From Lepidodermella squamata (lineage: Eukaryota > Animalia > Gastrotricha): a DNA stretch of 64,000 nucleotides. The notes below the pieces were generated by a model. It ran no database searches and was not told where the DNA came from. It saw only the letters and a program-made list of their open reading frames with translations. The stretch lies in the NCBI GenBank assembly GCA_047495785.1, contig JBLDXI010000003.1:4402001-4466000 (forward strand), given 5' to 3'. Position 1 is the stretch's first letter. Every line of letters begins with the position of its first letter. Both the position numbers and the translations under genes were made by a program. Positions 24,551 through 37,052 of this stretch are shown one piece after another.

Positions 24551-27500
24551 ATGGCGGACTCGAAATATTTTTCAACAACGAAGAAAGGTGAAATTTACGA
24601 GCTGAAGGCCGAGCTCAACAGCGATCGTAAAGACAAGCGCAAAGAGGCTGTGAAGAAGGTCATTGCCAGCATGACTGTCGGCAAGGATGTATCTGCTCTG
24701 TTCCCTGATGTCGTCAACTGCATGCAAACCGACAACCTCGAGCTGAAGAAGCTCGTCTATCTATACTTGATGAATTACGCGAAGAGCCAGCCTGACCTCG
24801 CTATCATGGCTGTTAACACTTTCGTGAAAGATTGCGATGACCCTAATCCTTTGATCCGTGCCTTGGCTGTTCGCACAATGGGTTGCATTCGCGTTGAAAA
24901 AATCACCGAGGTGAGTAGAAAATAACTTTTAAGGAGGATTTTTTATTAATTTATCCATTATTTTTCAGTATTTGTGCGAACCACTGCGGAAGTGCCTGAA
25001 GGACGAAGATCCTTACGTGCGCAAAACTGCGGCCGTTTGCGTTGCCAAGCTTCATGATATCAACCCGCAATTGGTCGAAGACCAGGGTTTCCTTGACTTG
25101 CTTCGCGATTTGCTGTCCGACTCCAATCCTATGGTTGTCGCTAATGCAGTTGCGGCGATTTGTGAAATCGCCGAGGCTAGTCCTTCAGCTGGTCGCATGC
25201 TTGAGCTGAACTCGCAGACCGTCAACAAGTTGCTAACCGCGTTGAACGAATGCACCGAATGGGGTCAGGTCTTCATCCTCGACTCGATTTCAAACTACAC
25301 ACCGAAAGATGATAAAGAGGCTCAGAACATTTGCGAGCGTGTCGCTCCTCGTTTGGCCCATGCTAACGCCGCTGTCGTCCTGTCGGCTGTCAAGGTCATT
25401 ATCAAGTTCTTGGAAATGATTGACCCATCGAGCGATTTCGTTACCGGGCTGACCCGCAAACTCGCCCCGCCGCTCGTCACCTTGCTGTCGGGCGAACCTG
25501 AAATTCAGTACGTTGCCCTGCGCAACATCAACTTGATTGTTCAGAAGCGATCTGACATTCTGAAGAACGAACTCAAGGTTTTCTTTGTCAAGTACAACGA
25601 CCCGATTTACGTCAAGTTGGAGAAGTTGGACATTATGATTCGTCTGACAAATGCCTCCAACATCCAACAAGTTTTGGCCGAGTTGAAAGAATACGCTACT
25701 GAAGTCGATGTCGACTTTGTCCGTCGTGCCGTCCGCGCCATTGGCCGTTGCGCTATTAAGGTGGAGTCAGCGGCTGAGAAGTGCGTCCAAACGCTGCAGG
25801 ATTTGATCCAAACCAAAGTCAATTACGTCGTTCAGGAGGCGATTGTCGTTATTAAGGACATTTTCCGCAAGTACCCGAACCAGTACGAACGTATCATTGG
25901 CACGCTGTGTGAGAACTTGGAGTCGCTGGACGAGCCGGAGGCCAAGGCGTCGATGATCTGGATTTTGGGTGAATACGCCGAGCGTATCGATAACGCTGAC
26001 GAATTGTTGGAAACGTTTTTGACGACCTTCCACGACGAGAACACGCAGGTGCAACTGCAGCTTCTCACTGCGATTGTCAAGCTTTTCTTGAAGAAGCCGG
26101 CCGATACGCAGCAGCTGGTCCAACAGGTTCTGTCCCTGTCAACACAGGACAGCGACAACCCTGACTTGCGCGACCGTGGTTACATTTACTGGCGTCTGCT
26201 CAGCACGGATCCGCAGTTGGCGAAGGAGGTGGTTCTGGCGGAGAAGCCGCTGATTTCAGAGGAGACCGACTTGCTGGAGCCGACCCTCCTTGATGAGCTG
26301 TTGTGCCACATTGCTAGCCTGGCTTCAGTCTACCACAAACCCCCGTCGGCTTTCATTGAAGGCCGCGTGCCTTTGAATCGCCGCACTCTGCCGCCCCGTG
26401 CCCCGGGTAGTGCCCAGTCGCCGACCAACGAGGCCCAGGCGGCGGCCACTGCCCGTCCGGACGCTCGAGCTGCGCCGACCGTCATCCCGGGTGCCGACTC
26501 CGCCGTCGCTGACCTCTTGACCCTCGACCTGGGCGGTTCATCGATGATGCCCCCCGCCAACATCTCCGTCCCGCCGCCCGGCGCCGGCATGTCGTCGGCC
26601 GGCTTCGACCTCCTCTCCGACATCGATAGCCTTATCGGCGGCGGCCCAGCTGGTTCGAGCAACCTCGACTCCACCACGCCCGTCCCAACGAACCCGATGC
26701 AGGCGCCCTTCGGAGCCGCCCCCTCGATGTACTCGAACGCGCCCGGCCCGTTCGGCGGCGCTGCCCCGGTCGCAGCTGCCGGCGGTCTCGGCGACCTCGG
26801 CTCGCTCTTCTCCACCTCGACGGCCACCGCCGGCCAGTTCTACGCCCCGCCGAAAGAGGTCTGGCTACCCGCTACCCGTGCAAAGGGCCTCGAAGTTCGC
26901 GGCACATTCGCCCGTCGCGGCGGTAACATCTACATGGACCTTAGCTTCTCGAACAAAGCCCTTCAGGCCATGTCCGACTTCGCGATTCAGTTCAACAAAA
27001 ACAGCTTCGGCCTATCACCCGCACAGCCTCTCAAAGTTGCCTCGCCGCTGGTTCCGAACCAGAACGCCGACGCGCAGCTGCCGTTGGCGACTGGCGGGCC
27101 TGTCCAAAAGATGGACCCGTTGAACAATTTGCAGGTCGCCGTTAAGAACAACGTCGACGTCTTCTATTTCGCGAGTGCCATCCCGTACCACGTGTATTTC
27201 TGCGAAGACGGTCAGATGGATAAGCACATGTTCATCGAGACGTGGAAGCAGATTCCGGGCCAAAACGAGGCCAATTTCACGTTGACCGCCCACTCGTCGC
27301 TGGCATCGGGCGGCTCCGACGCCATCGAAACTCGCCTGCGGGCTAACAACGTGTTCACGATCAACAAGCGATCGGTTGACGGGCAGGAGATGCTGTACCA
27401 GTCGATCAAGTTCGTCAACGGTATCTGGGTTCTAGCCGAGCTCAAGTTCTCGCCTGGCAACGCAACTGTCACGCTCAGCCTGAAGTCGAGCCAGCCCGTC

Positions 27501-27551
27501 GTGTACCCTGGCGTTAAATCGGCCTACGAGATGCTTCTAGCCGCTGCCTGA
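24551..27551 (+). CDS. AP1B1: AP-1/AP-2 complex beta adaptin
   Basis: [25 protein letters not shown]-terminus; single intron 24911-24968 (ITE|YLCEPL); trunk, hinge with clathrin box LLTLD, appendage domains. Invertebrates typically share one beta1/beta2 subunit. Confidence 0.96.
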
Positions 27552-28033
27552 AAAACCCGCTTTTACTCGCATAAATAGTGCTATTGATCGAAAAACGAAC
27601 AGCTATATTATTGCTATTCTTTCTTTATTTAACAACTTCTTGTAGTCGTGTGGCTTTTGCTCGCGCGGTGTTAACAAAAATTTTTAAGGTGGCATTCCCG
27701 ATTGCACGCACATTTTAAATGTTCCGACTTATTGTGATGATAAAACGACCCTGATGAGTCTTGTCTTAAAAAAGGTGGTATTCCAGCTAATGATTATTAT
27801 TAGTCTGACTAATGAAATTGTCAAATTTTTCGTCGTGTTGTGAACACGCCCGTGGTAAAATGATGTCTCTGTGTGCAATAGTCTGCGATCCGTGTCTTAT
27901 ATCATATTATTGTATATCATTGCTATTCTAATTTGATCACCTTGTGTAATAGACTATTTGGAAGTATAAAATTATTGCTAATTCAATGGCTGATTTTTTT
28001 CATTTTTAGTTTTTTGTTAAACGAAAAGTGGCC

Positions 28034-28504
28034 ATGAACGTGACCAGGTTCGTGTCGCTGGCCCAGAAGAGCGGCCTGTTGGTTGCTGCCCGCCGCAATC
28101 TCGCCGCCGCGGCCCCCGCTAAGGGTAACGACCCTATCCAACAGCTTTTCGTTCAAAAACTTCGCGACTACACTCAGAAGAAGAAGTATACATTCCATTG
28201 TTTCATTTGAATCCATCTTAAAATATCTTGTTCTTGTATTTCAAGGGCTTCCGGTGGTCAGTTGGTCGAGCCGAGCCCTGCTTTCCAGCAGCAGCTGGTC
28301 GAAGACCTCGACCGCGTCGACCGCGTGTTCGCCGTCAAGGGCAAGCCTGAAGAATTCACCAAGTTCCCGACCCTCGCCTTCAAGGACGATAAGTTGCCGC
28401 CACTCAGCGTCGAATATAAGGAGGACTTGACGTTCGAGGTGCCTATCCCGGTTGTCACGGTCAAGAGCGACCCCGACAAGGCCACCTTCGAGCATCTGAT
28501 GTAA
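28034..28504 (+). CDS. ATP5PF: Mitochondrial ATP synthase coupling factor 6
   Basis: Mitochondrial presequence, DPIQQLFVQKLRDY, intron, then ASGGQLVE..FTKFPTLAF; carries a C-terminal extension. Confidence 0.9.
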
Positions 28505-28980
28505 TTAATTAGCCCGGCCAACCTTTATCGATCGACCACCTTAATATTGCAGATGATAAAAACAAAACTGGCATTATTCTCTGTCTGTGAAATTCAACTG
28601 CCACAGGGGATGATGATGAAGATGACTATTTAGAAGCCCTGTTTAGTGAATGAAAGAATGAATGTCCCGAAATTTGCTGAAACGATCCCGTATTTGAGCC
28701 CTCTCTTAGTCGCGCGACTCATCTTCATTTGTTCCACTGGTGATTTATCAAAAATAAAATAATAAAATGAGACGCTAATAGATTATCAATTGGTTATTGT
28801 TGTTTCGAGCACAAGCGGCGCCATATTAAAAAATGAAATAAAAAATGGCTTGTGAAATCCACGCATTCATTATGCACCCGAGAGTAACCAGCGTAATCAA
28901 TTCATGCGAGACGAGTTGGGAGTGATATATTATTTGCACCACCGTCAGTGCAGACATAGAACCTGAAAATTGCGCCAGTA

Positions 28981-31046
28981 ATGACGAGTGAATCGCCGAG
29001 AGCGATTAATCTTGTGTATTCGATCAATTCGACACCTCCAGTTTACCTATGCATTTTGCTAGGCATTCAGCAGTTCTTGACGACGGTGGTGTCAAGTATC
29101 GCAACGCCTGCCATTTTGGCTGATTCGATTTGTATGGGTTGGGATGTGCAGGGTCGGTCTGAACTCATGGGTTCTTTGATGGTAGTCAACGGGGTTTCGA
29201 CGCTCATTCAAACATATTTCGGAGTGCGATTACCGATTATTCAGGGTCCATCTGCTGCGTTTCTCGCGCCGATTTTCGCATTACAAAGCATCGAAGCATT
29301 CAAATGCCCCGCCGAAGGTTCGTACGAGGTCGGTAGCGATGAACACAGGGCTATATGGATGTCACGGTTGACCGTAGTTCAAGGTATAAGTGTTGGAGAT
29401 TCACTTTCTATCACAAGGTTTCACCTGAATTATGTTATAGGCGCTGTGCTTTTATCCGCTTGTCTTGAAACATTCATCGGGTTAACTGGCCTTGTCGGCG
29501 TGTTTTTCAAATACGTCGGACCGCTGACCATTGCGCCAACAACAGCTTTGATCGGTTTCTGTCTTATCGAAGATGGCATCGAGCATTATGCATCAAAACA
29601 CTTCCCGATCGCCTTCCTTACAATTTTCTTTGTTGTACTTTTTGCGTTGTTCCTCGCCGGGGTTGAAGTTCCCCTGCCAGCGTTCCGAATCAACGCTTGT
29701 CCATTCTCATTCAATGTACAAATGACTAAACAGCCGATTTTCACGCTATTCCCTGTTTTGGCTGCTATCCTAGTGTCTTGGGCATTTTGTGCAATTTTAA
29801 CGGCGGCTGGTGCCTTCCCCGATTCACCAACCAGCGGATATGGTTACGCGGCCAGAACTGATATACGACTGTCTCAAGTCGCAGCTACCCCTTGGTTTCG
29901 TATTCCCTATCCTGGACAGTGGGGAGTGCCTCAATTCTTCCTGGCAACAATTTTAGGAATGTTTGCCGGTACATTCGCGTCTATTGTCGAATCTATAGGT
30001 GATTGGTTCCTTTATTCCCCTCTCTTCTTCCAATATAATCTTCCGATCTTTTGCCAGGTGACTATTGTGCGTGTGCCAGGCTTTGCAGTGTGCCACGGCC
30101 GCCTCCACACGCTATAAACCGCGGAATAGCCGCCGAAGGCTTGGGGTGTATTCTGTCTGGAATAATCGGCTCTGGGCCAGGAGTTACATCCTACTCGGAT
30201 AGCATCGGGGCCATAGGCATCACTCGAGTTGCCTCGCGACATGTCGTTTTCGTAACAAGCATCCTCCTTATTTTGTTTGGTTGCTTCACAAAGCTCACTG
30301 CAGTTTTTGTCTCTATCCCTGATCCTGTGATCGGAGGAATTTTTGTGCCAACGTTCGGTATGGTAGCTGCGGTCGGATTTTCGAATCTTCAATTTGTTGA
30401 CCTCAATTCAACACGAAATTTACTAATTTTTGGATTGTCCATGTTTCTCGGCCTTGCTACCCCGCTTTGGGTCAGGCAAAATGCACAGCAGATTAAAACT
30501 GGTTCAGAAATAGCTGATCAAGTTCTGGTGGTTCTGCTGTCGACTGGGATGCTTGTCGGAGGAACAATCGGCTTCGTTTTGGACAACACCGTACCTGGTG
30601 CGACGAAAAAGCAACGCGGCTTGGATGCTATAGAAAATGCATTGGAACCTAGCGATGACTCAAATGTTAACCAGAACCAGCCAATTAGTCATGATTGCTA
30701 TGACCTGCCGTTTATCGGGACATGGATTGCAACTAAACCCTGGCTGCGTTACGTTCCTTTCTCGCCAACTTTCTCGCCAGCAAACTTATCTCATCTAAAC
30801 CCTGTCCACATTATTCAGGCTGTTAAGCGTCAATCTGAGGTTATCGCATTTTCATCAACCGGAAATGTTGAGCCGATCGAATCGAATGATCCTCATCCTT
30901 TGGCAGAAGACAGCTCAAGAAATAAGGCAGTTTTCAGTGAGGTTAAAAGCATGGTTGGCGTGAAGGCGAATGAGATCGAAATAGCCGAAGATGAAACACA
31001 CAAGAAGAGACCTTTGTTTTTTCATCGTCGAGCATTTTTCTCTTGA
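28981..31046 (+). CDS. SLC23/NAT transporter, paralog 3 (two introns)
   Basis: ORFs 28981-30117 and 30051-31046 joined by introns 29384-29440 and 29999-30057; variant signature SYSDSIGAIGITR. Confidence 0.93.
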
Positions 31047-31285
31047 GGGTGACGCACTAGACGCTTTTATTATATAGTAAAAAATCATGAATGATGATCG
31101 CGCTACTATTTTTTTCTGCTTGAGATATCATAAACCACGCATTTCGACGGGAAATGAACGAGTTTTTGCAGGAAGGCACGAGTCGTTCGACGATTATTTG
31201 AGTTATATTTTTTGCACTTGCTTTTCATCAAATTGGTGGCGTTGATTTTTCGTTCAGCTTGAATAGCATCTCCATTATTATCTAT

Positions 31286-31913
31286 ATGCATTCAAAGCCG
31301 TTTGTATTTGCAATTGCCTTGTTGGCATTTTGCGTCGGCGTGTCAACGGCTATTCAATGTTATGCTTGTACCAGTGCTTCGTCCAACTACGATGTGTTCA
31401 ATAAAGTCGGTAACGCGACAGTCGATATCGACGGCGGTTACACGTACGTCGACGGCAACAACCCGAATACAACACAGACTGTCAAATGGAACAAATTCTT
31501 CCAGGTATTTATGGCCGCTCAGCTTTTTATCTGGTTTCAAAACTTGGCGTTGTTTCTCTTTTTAGGGAGGTAATTGCGCGAATCTGAAAAAACCGGAGGA
31601 ATTGCAGATAATTAACTGCACGTATGGTTGCTTGAAGACCTACGTCTTTCTGGAGACAGCGAAGGCGTATAAAATCCATCGCTATTACCGCCAATGTGCT
31701 CACCCGCTTGAAAAAGGCGACGAGGGCAAGTACCAATTCAATGAAAAGCAAGCTATCAAGCGAGCGGGCGAAACTCCCGGAATTCACGCCTATTACTCGT
31801 ATTGCAACACAGGACCAATCAACGGCAAACCATGCAACTCGGCTGTCAAGGCTGGTTCATCGTCAGCTATCATGGCCTCCTTGCTATTTGCGATTGCGCG
31901 GCTTCTTTGCTGA
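31286..31913 (+). CDS. Ly6/uPAR three-finger (Quiver-like) GPI-anchored protein 1
   Basis: Signal peptide, IQCYAC, intron 31505-31565, GGNC, CTYGCLK, RQCA, YCN..PCNSA, hydrophobic tail. Confidence 0.85.
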
Positions 31914-33027
31914 CTGGCCGAGGAAAAATCGATCGCTTATCGCCGCTCAAATGATTTGTTGATTTTCGTCTCTAGTTGCGTTGATGTCTTACTGCTCAAA
32001 TTGAATAGAAAAATTAGAAGAGTGAAGTGTTACAATAAATTGCTTTCAAATGCATTCGGATGCTGATTAATATAAATCTGGATTTCAAATAAAACAATTT
32101 GACGCGGGGTTTTACAATTTTTATTTTACAACCAGAGCCCGAAACCGATAGCATAATTTTGTATAATTTTGAGTCTAATGCTTGACACTTATGATTTTCC
32201 GATATGTTTTTGTAATTTCCGGCAGGTAAACAAATCCGGTGTTTATAGAAAAATTCGCAGAATTTCCTCAGTGCTCTTGTATTTTTCAACGCGGCGACAT
32301 AAAAGCCCGCACGTTATGTGAGGTAGCATGGTCAAAATCGATCACGCAATGCTGTCTGGAGACCAAAGCTAAAGCTTGCATACTAATTAGGCATAGCCCA
32401 AGTTGATCAGCCAAAAAATCGGATTTATACAGCACTCTGGTGGCACCAACTGCTGGGATCCACATTTTGTTCAGTTCGGAAGTGCACCATAAATCAATGG
32501 AACCGTTTTTTGCATGGCCAATCTTGCTCCATTTAGGCGGCGCTTGTTTGCCGTTCTCATGCGGTCAACTCGCAATAAATAACAAAAAGCGAGTGGCACC
32601 AACGCACCAGGGGAACAATAAACCAGCCAGACATTTTTTATTCCCCGATGCTACGGTTTTGCGGGAAGAATTAACTGTCATTTTTCCCCCAACAAATTTA
32701 ATTCTCTATATTATTATAGGTTGATTGGTCAAGTTCCGAGTCGCCCTAAATTTTTAAATATATCATCTCAATATAATAAAATCATGATGATATTCAGAAG
32801 AGGTTTATTTGCCCGAAAATCCAATAAACTTATTATTTTAGCACGCAGAGTTATAGAGAAAATAATCTCAAGTGGTGTCTGCGTGTGCGCGAGTAATTGC
32901 ATCCAGTTCTTCTTCCATGAATATAAGGCATTCATAGTTTCGTACGCGTATACACGTTTGGATGCATCTTTACACATCAGTCATTGATTTAGTTTTCTAG
33001 TTTCAACCTAGTTAACTAGAGAACGAT

Positions 33028-33653
33028 ATGAAACTTGGCAATTTCGATTTGTTGCTTGGTTTTGCCGTCGTCATTCTATCAGCGCTTGATTCCTGCAAAG
33101 CCGTGATTTGCTTTGCTTGCGTTGGGGAATTACCCGAAGAATCTGAGCCAAGAGAATATAAATATTTAAAGCCGGATGGCACCATTGGAACCGTCAGTTT
33201 GGAAGACATGTACCAAGTAAGTCCTATTTGTTTTTACTAATTTCTAAAGTGATTTATATGCTGATATAGGGTAGAGATTGCGAGGAAGGTAACACTACCT
33301 CGATGGCTATCGTCGATTGCTATTACGGCTGCTCAAAGTCCCAAGTCATCTACGTCGGCGAAACTGTAAGGCGGACATTTCGCATGTGCGCTGATTTAGA
33401 GATAATTCGTTCTAATCGGGGAAACTTCATGGAGGTATATCACCAAGTATCTAAAAGTCTCACTTCCTAACACACATATTTTTCGAAGGTTTTCCATCAA
33501 AAGCAAGGCTTCACCCACACAGAGGACTATTATCAAGGCAAATTCTTTTTCTGCAACGATTCAGCGAATGATTTACCGTGTAACTCGGCGAACTCGATGT
33601 CTTCAACTCTAACCTGGTGGTCAATAGCATCTTTATTTTTTTCTCTGGTATGA
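33028..33653 (+). CDS. Ly6/three-finger GPI-anchored protein 2
   Basis: Signal peptide, ICFAC, introns 33217-33269 and ~33436-33489, GRDC, CYYGCSK, RMCA, FCND..PCNSA, hydrophobic tail ending SLFFSLV*. Confidence 0.82.
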
Positions 33654-34422
33654 ATATTCGAAATGTTAATACCTGCTGATAGTTTTCTCCATTTTCTATA
33701 GTAGTCGAAGTTTAATGACGTAGCCCACTCACATGTTCTAAATTTTTCTCGAAACATCTGGGTCGTAATTTAAGTAGATCTTGGAATCAAACCTTTACCT
33801 CATACCTGTGGAACCACTCGATTTGGTGCTCAAGAGGGCTTTAATGTTGCAAGAGGATGTTAGACAGCTATCACATGGAAAATTTGCCGCGTTGATACTC
33901 CTTGAGGACGTATCACTTATAGTCTAAAAATCACTTGTTAACTAAAATTCGTTGTTCTACGTCGCACATATTTTTCTTACAATTTTCTCGTTACTTAAGC
34001 GCATTGCGAGAACGCCGAAATAAAACTGAATTTCAATATTGATCAGTGTTTTTAATGGTATCAGGTTTTGAAATCCACATTTTTGCCCTACACGCCTTTG
34101 CATTAGCAAATAATGGTATAATATTTTATTATGCTATGTGCCGGCAGATATGCACCATGTTGGCATGGGCGGCTGATAAGGCTACGCTGAAAGTGTTTAG
34201 GTGAGTTGATACTTATGATCGTTATCATGCGAGTAAAAGAACAATGATGGAAATGCGACGTGTGGTCACTATACCATGCAGACGGGAGATAAACCAAATT
34301 ATTGCGGAAAAGGCACTAAATATCATCGACATTTTCAATCAGAACTGTTCCAGTATAATTCAATTGGACTTCATTTTTGGAACGCTCAATTCGTTTTTCA
34401 ATTCCTTAGAAATCATTTATAA

Positions 34423-35022
34423 ATGCTGACCAGCATGCATTTGTTCATTTTGATTATTTCAGCCAGCCTGGTACCGTTTTCTGAAGCCATTAGCTGCTAT
34501 GCCTGCACCTCAGCCCCCGCTGAAGATTTGATCAAGCCTGATGGTACTACGTATGAAGGCGGATATCGCTACTTGGATGCCAATAACAAAACCGCATACG
34601 TAGAGTATTCTGAATTTTACAAAGTTTCTAATTCGAGTCATTTTTATGAATATTCAATAAAAATACTGTTTTCACAGGGTAATGATTGCTTCACTGCTGA
34701 TGGCGATGGTTTGAAAACAGTTCAAGTCATCGAGTGCAGCTATGGCTGTCTGAAAGCCGAAGTTGTCCTTTCGAAGAGGAAACAGGACCGCGTATTTAGG
34801 CAATGCGCCCATCCGGCTGAATCTAAGGAGGAACAGCGACGGTACCAGTTTGGAAGCTCGATTAAGCGAACTGGTGCTACTGATGGCACCATCATTTACT
34901 ACCACTACTGCCAAGATTCCACTGAGGAGAAGCCGTGCAACACAGCTACTTTGGCGCAAGCTACCTCGATTGCCATCCTCGCAACATCTGTATTACTAAG
35001 TGTCCTGAAGCCGTATTTTTAG
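34423..35022 (+). CDS. Ly6/three-finger GPI-anchored protein 3
   Basis: Signal peptide, ISCYAC, in-frame 54-nt intron 34624-34677 at the same position as in the paralogs, GNDC, CSYGCLK, RQCA, YCQD..PCNTA, hydrophobic tail. Confidence 0.85.
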   Translation: MLTSMHLFILIISASLVPFSEAISCYACTSAPAEDLIKPDGTTYEGGYRYLDANNKTAYVEYSEFYKVSNSSHFYEYSIKILFSQGNDCFTADGDGLKTVQVIECSYGCLKAEVVLSKRKQDRVFRQCAHPAESKEEQRRYQFGSSIKRTGATDGTIIYYHYCQDSTEEKPCNTATLAQATSIAILATSVLLSVLKPYF

Positions 35023-35123
35023 CCGCTGGAAATCGATAGATTCACGCAAACTGTTACAACAAGATTCGTTCCATGTACTCGAATAATATAGTCTGTGAAG
35101 TTAGAAAAGGTTTATATAGTGGC

Positions 35124-35160
35124 AAATGGTGCTTTAATCAGAGTAAATGGTGCTTTAATC
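35124..35160. repeat. 16-bp direct repeat AAATGGTGCTTTAATC x2
   Basis: Copies at 35124-35139 and 35145-35160. Confidence 0.8.
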
Positions 35161-35724
35161 GCACACAGCTATGATTCATATTATTGTCGATGTTTTTTTT
35201 GCATTTTTTTGCCTCTGCTGCTCTTCGAGAAAATACGCCAAGTCAGAGATTTTAGCTGATAGCTGAGTTGAGGCATACTGACAATTACTCTCACACACTT
35301 TGTCCCATTAACATGCGAGCGGAGCGAGCATGTGAGCCGGTCTCGGTAGTTTTTGTGTTGCGTCGTAAGTTCGGGAGGGAGAACATTTATTGATACCGAA
35401 ATTTATTGGATATTTTTTGATTGAGGCCCCACGCTACGAAGGGTTACGTTACTTCCTGTTCAATTATTTGCACATGCACACTTGCTTGTGTGCAAAAAAA
35501 GCTGTGCGCGCGTGCGATTTGACAAAAAAAACTAGCAACACGACCCGGGAGCGATCTCTTAGCACTAAATTCGTTGCACTGTTGGCGAGTTTTCGCAATG
35601 AAAACTGTCGTGCATATGCAAAACAGACAGCGCGGTGATCCTCGCTTCACCCAAATGATTTTTTTTTCAGTTCAGCTTATCAGGTCTAGCTCGTAGTTAT
35701 GCCGCTTTTCCGCTTCACTAGTAT

Positions 35725-35838
35725 GAAACTAGCGCAGAGACGCGCCCAGGACCCCTTGCGGACCCGCGGGGAATCGGCAATTGGCCGGTTTCCTAGGGTG
35801 TCGGCCTAGGGTTCGGGGCGCATTTTTGCACTAGTTTC
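35725..35838 (+). other. 114-nt GC-rich imperfect inverted repeat / long hairpin
   Basis: GAAACTAG/CTAGTTTC, GCAGAGA/TTTTTGC, GCGCCC/GGGCGC, GGACCC/GGGTTC and GGGGAATCGGC/GCCGGTTTCCT pair around an AATTG loop. Confidence 0.75.
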
Positions 35839-37052
35839 GATTAAAACACCATTTACTATTTAGAGTAACGGGGTATGAAAGTGAATATAAGAGCTAAAAT
35901 ATCGGTTAAGTGCACCGCCTTTTTGAATTCGCGTGCTTGTCATCTTAATTTTTCGTAAATGCTTGAGGCCATTTTTGAAGCAGACGGCCGACTTTTAACG
36001 TTACGATGCCTCCAAGCAAGAAAGCGCTCATTATTCATATCCGGCGATTTAATCCTCGTGTTTGTTTCGCATTGCTCTGATGACGATTCGAAAGGTGATG
36101 AGGACATTATTATTTCAAAATCAAAAGTATTTGTAAGCAACACTTTTTCTAGCTCAAATAATAGTGACATCATCTGCAGACGTCGAGTAGCAACTCCAAG
36201 CTGTAAAGATTATTTCCGAGGAGTGAGTTTACATTTTTGTTTAATTTAAATATGGCTGAACCTCTGCAAGCAATCTCCTAAAAATTGGAGTTAAATCTAA
36301 ATTTTAAGGGGGAAGCATTTTGGCAATATAATGGTCCAATCCGATTATTTACTCAATTCCGCTGAGAAATTGAGACATTGTCTTGAAACCTGCAGTATCT
36401 TTACCGCATGTCTTTTATTGCCTGTAAAAAATTCGATTCTTATTTGAGAATGTCGGCAGGTGCATGTCAGTCCTATTTTAGTCCGGACAAAAAATCATCG
36501 CCAGACTTGTTAGCGGAAATCGGGTACCCTTTAAGACTATATTCAGGTGCGTTTTCACAATGCCTCGGTTGTGCTATATTATTTAATAAAACAACATACC
36601 ACAAAATGTACATAGTTAATAATCATAATGGCTGCTGCGATGACGGCGAGCTTCGAGAAAATATTTGATTTCTACTCGTGCACAAGTCACATAGCGTCTA
36701 CCGTGATGGTTGTAGACTTCTTGTCAACTTCTTGTAAAACAAATGCATCGCACCACCATATCGATAACCGCTGCGTAGAATCCACACGGGCAAGGATACC
36801 GTGGCTGTGGCTAGTAATGACTAAGGGCCTGTGTGTAAAGACAACAAATTGTAATGGCTGTGCAAATTATTGGATTTTGACGCCGGTAGAAATTAATACT
36901 TGCGCTACCGGCGGGCGGTTCGCTGCGCACAAAATCCCGACGGCAAAAAACCAAAAGTTACTTGTACACTCAATTGTTTTGACGCACGGAGGAATTGCCT
37001 AAATTTGGTTCTCAATATATCTTACGGGTCATTATTCTGGGTTTTAGCTGCT

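Noticed and set aside
20142-27472. Many antisense or alternate-frame ORFs over the SLC23 and beta-adaptin genes
   Set aside because: Shadow ORFs caused by codon bias of the real genes.
27745-27836. Hammerhead-like CTGATGAGTC..GAC..GAAA
   Set aside because: A 4-nt insert precedes GAAA and stem I does not pair next to the cleavage site.
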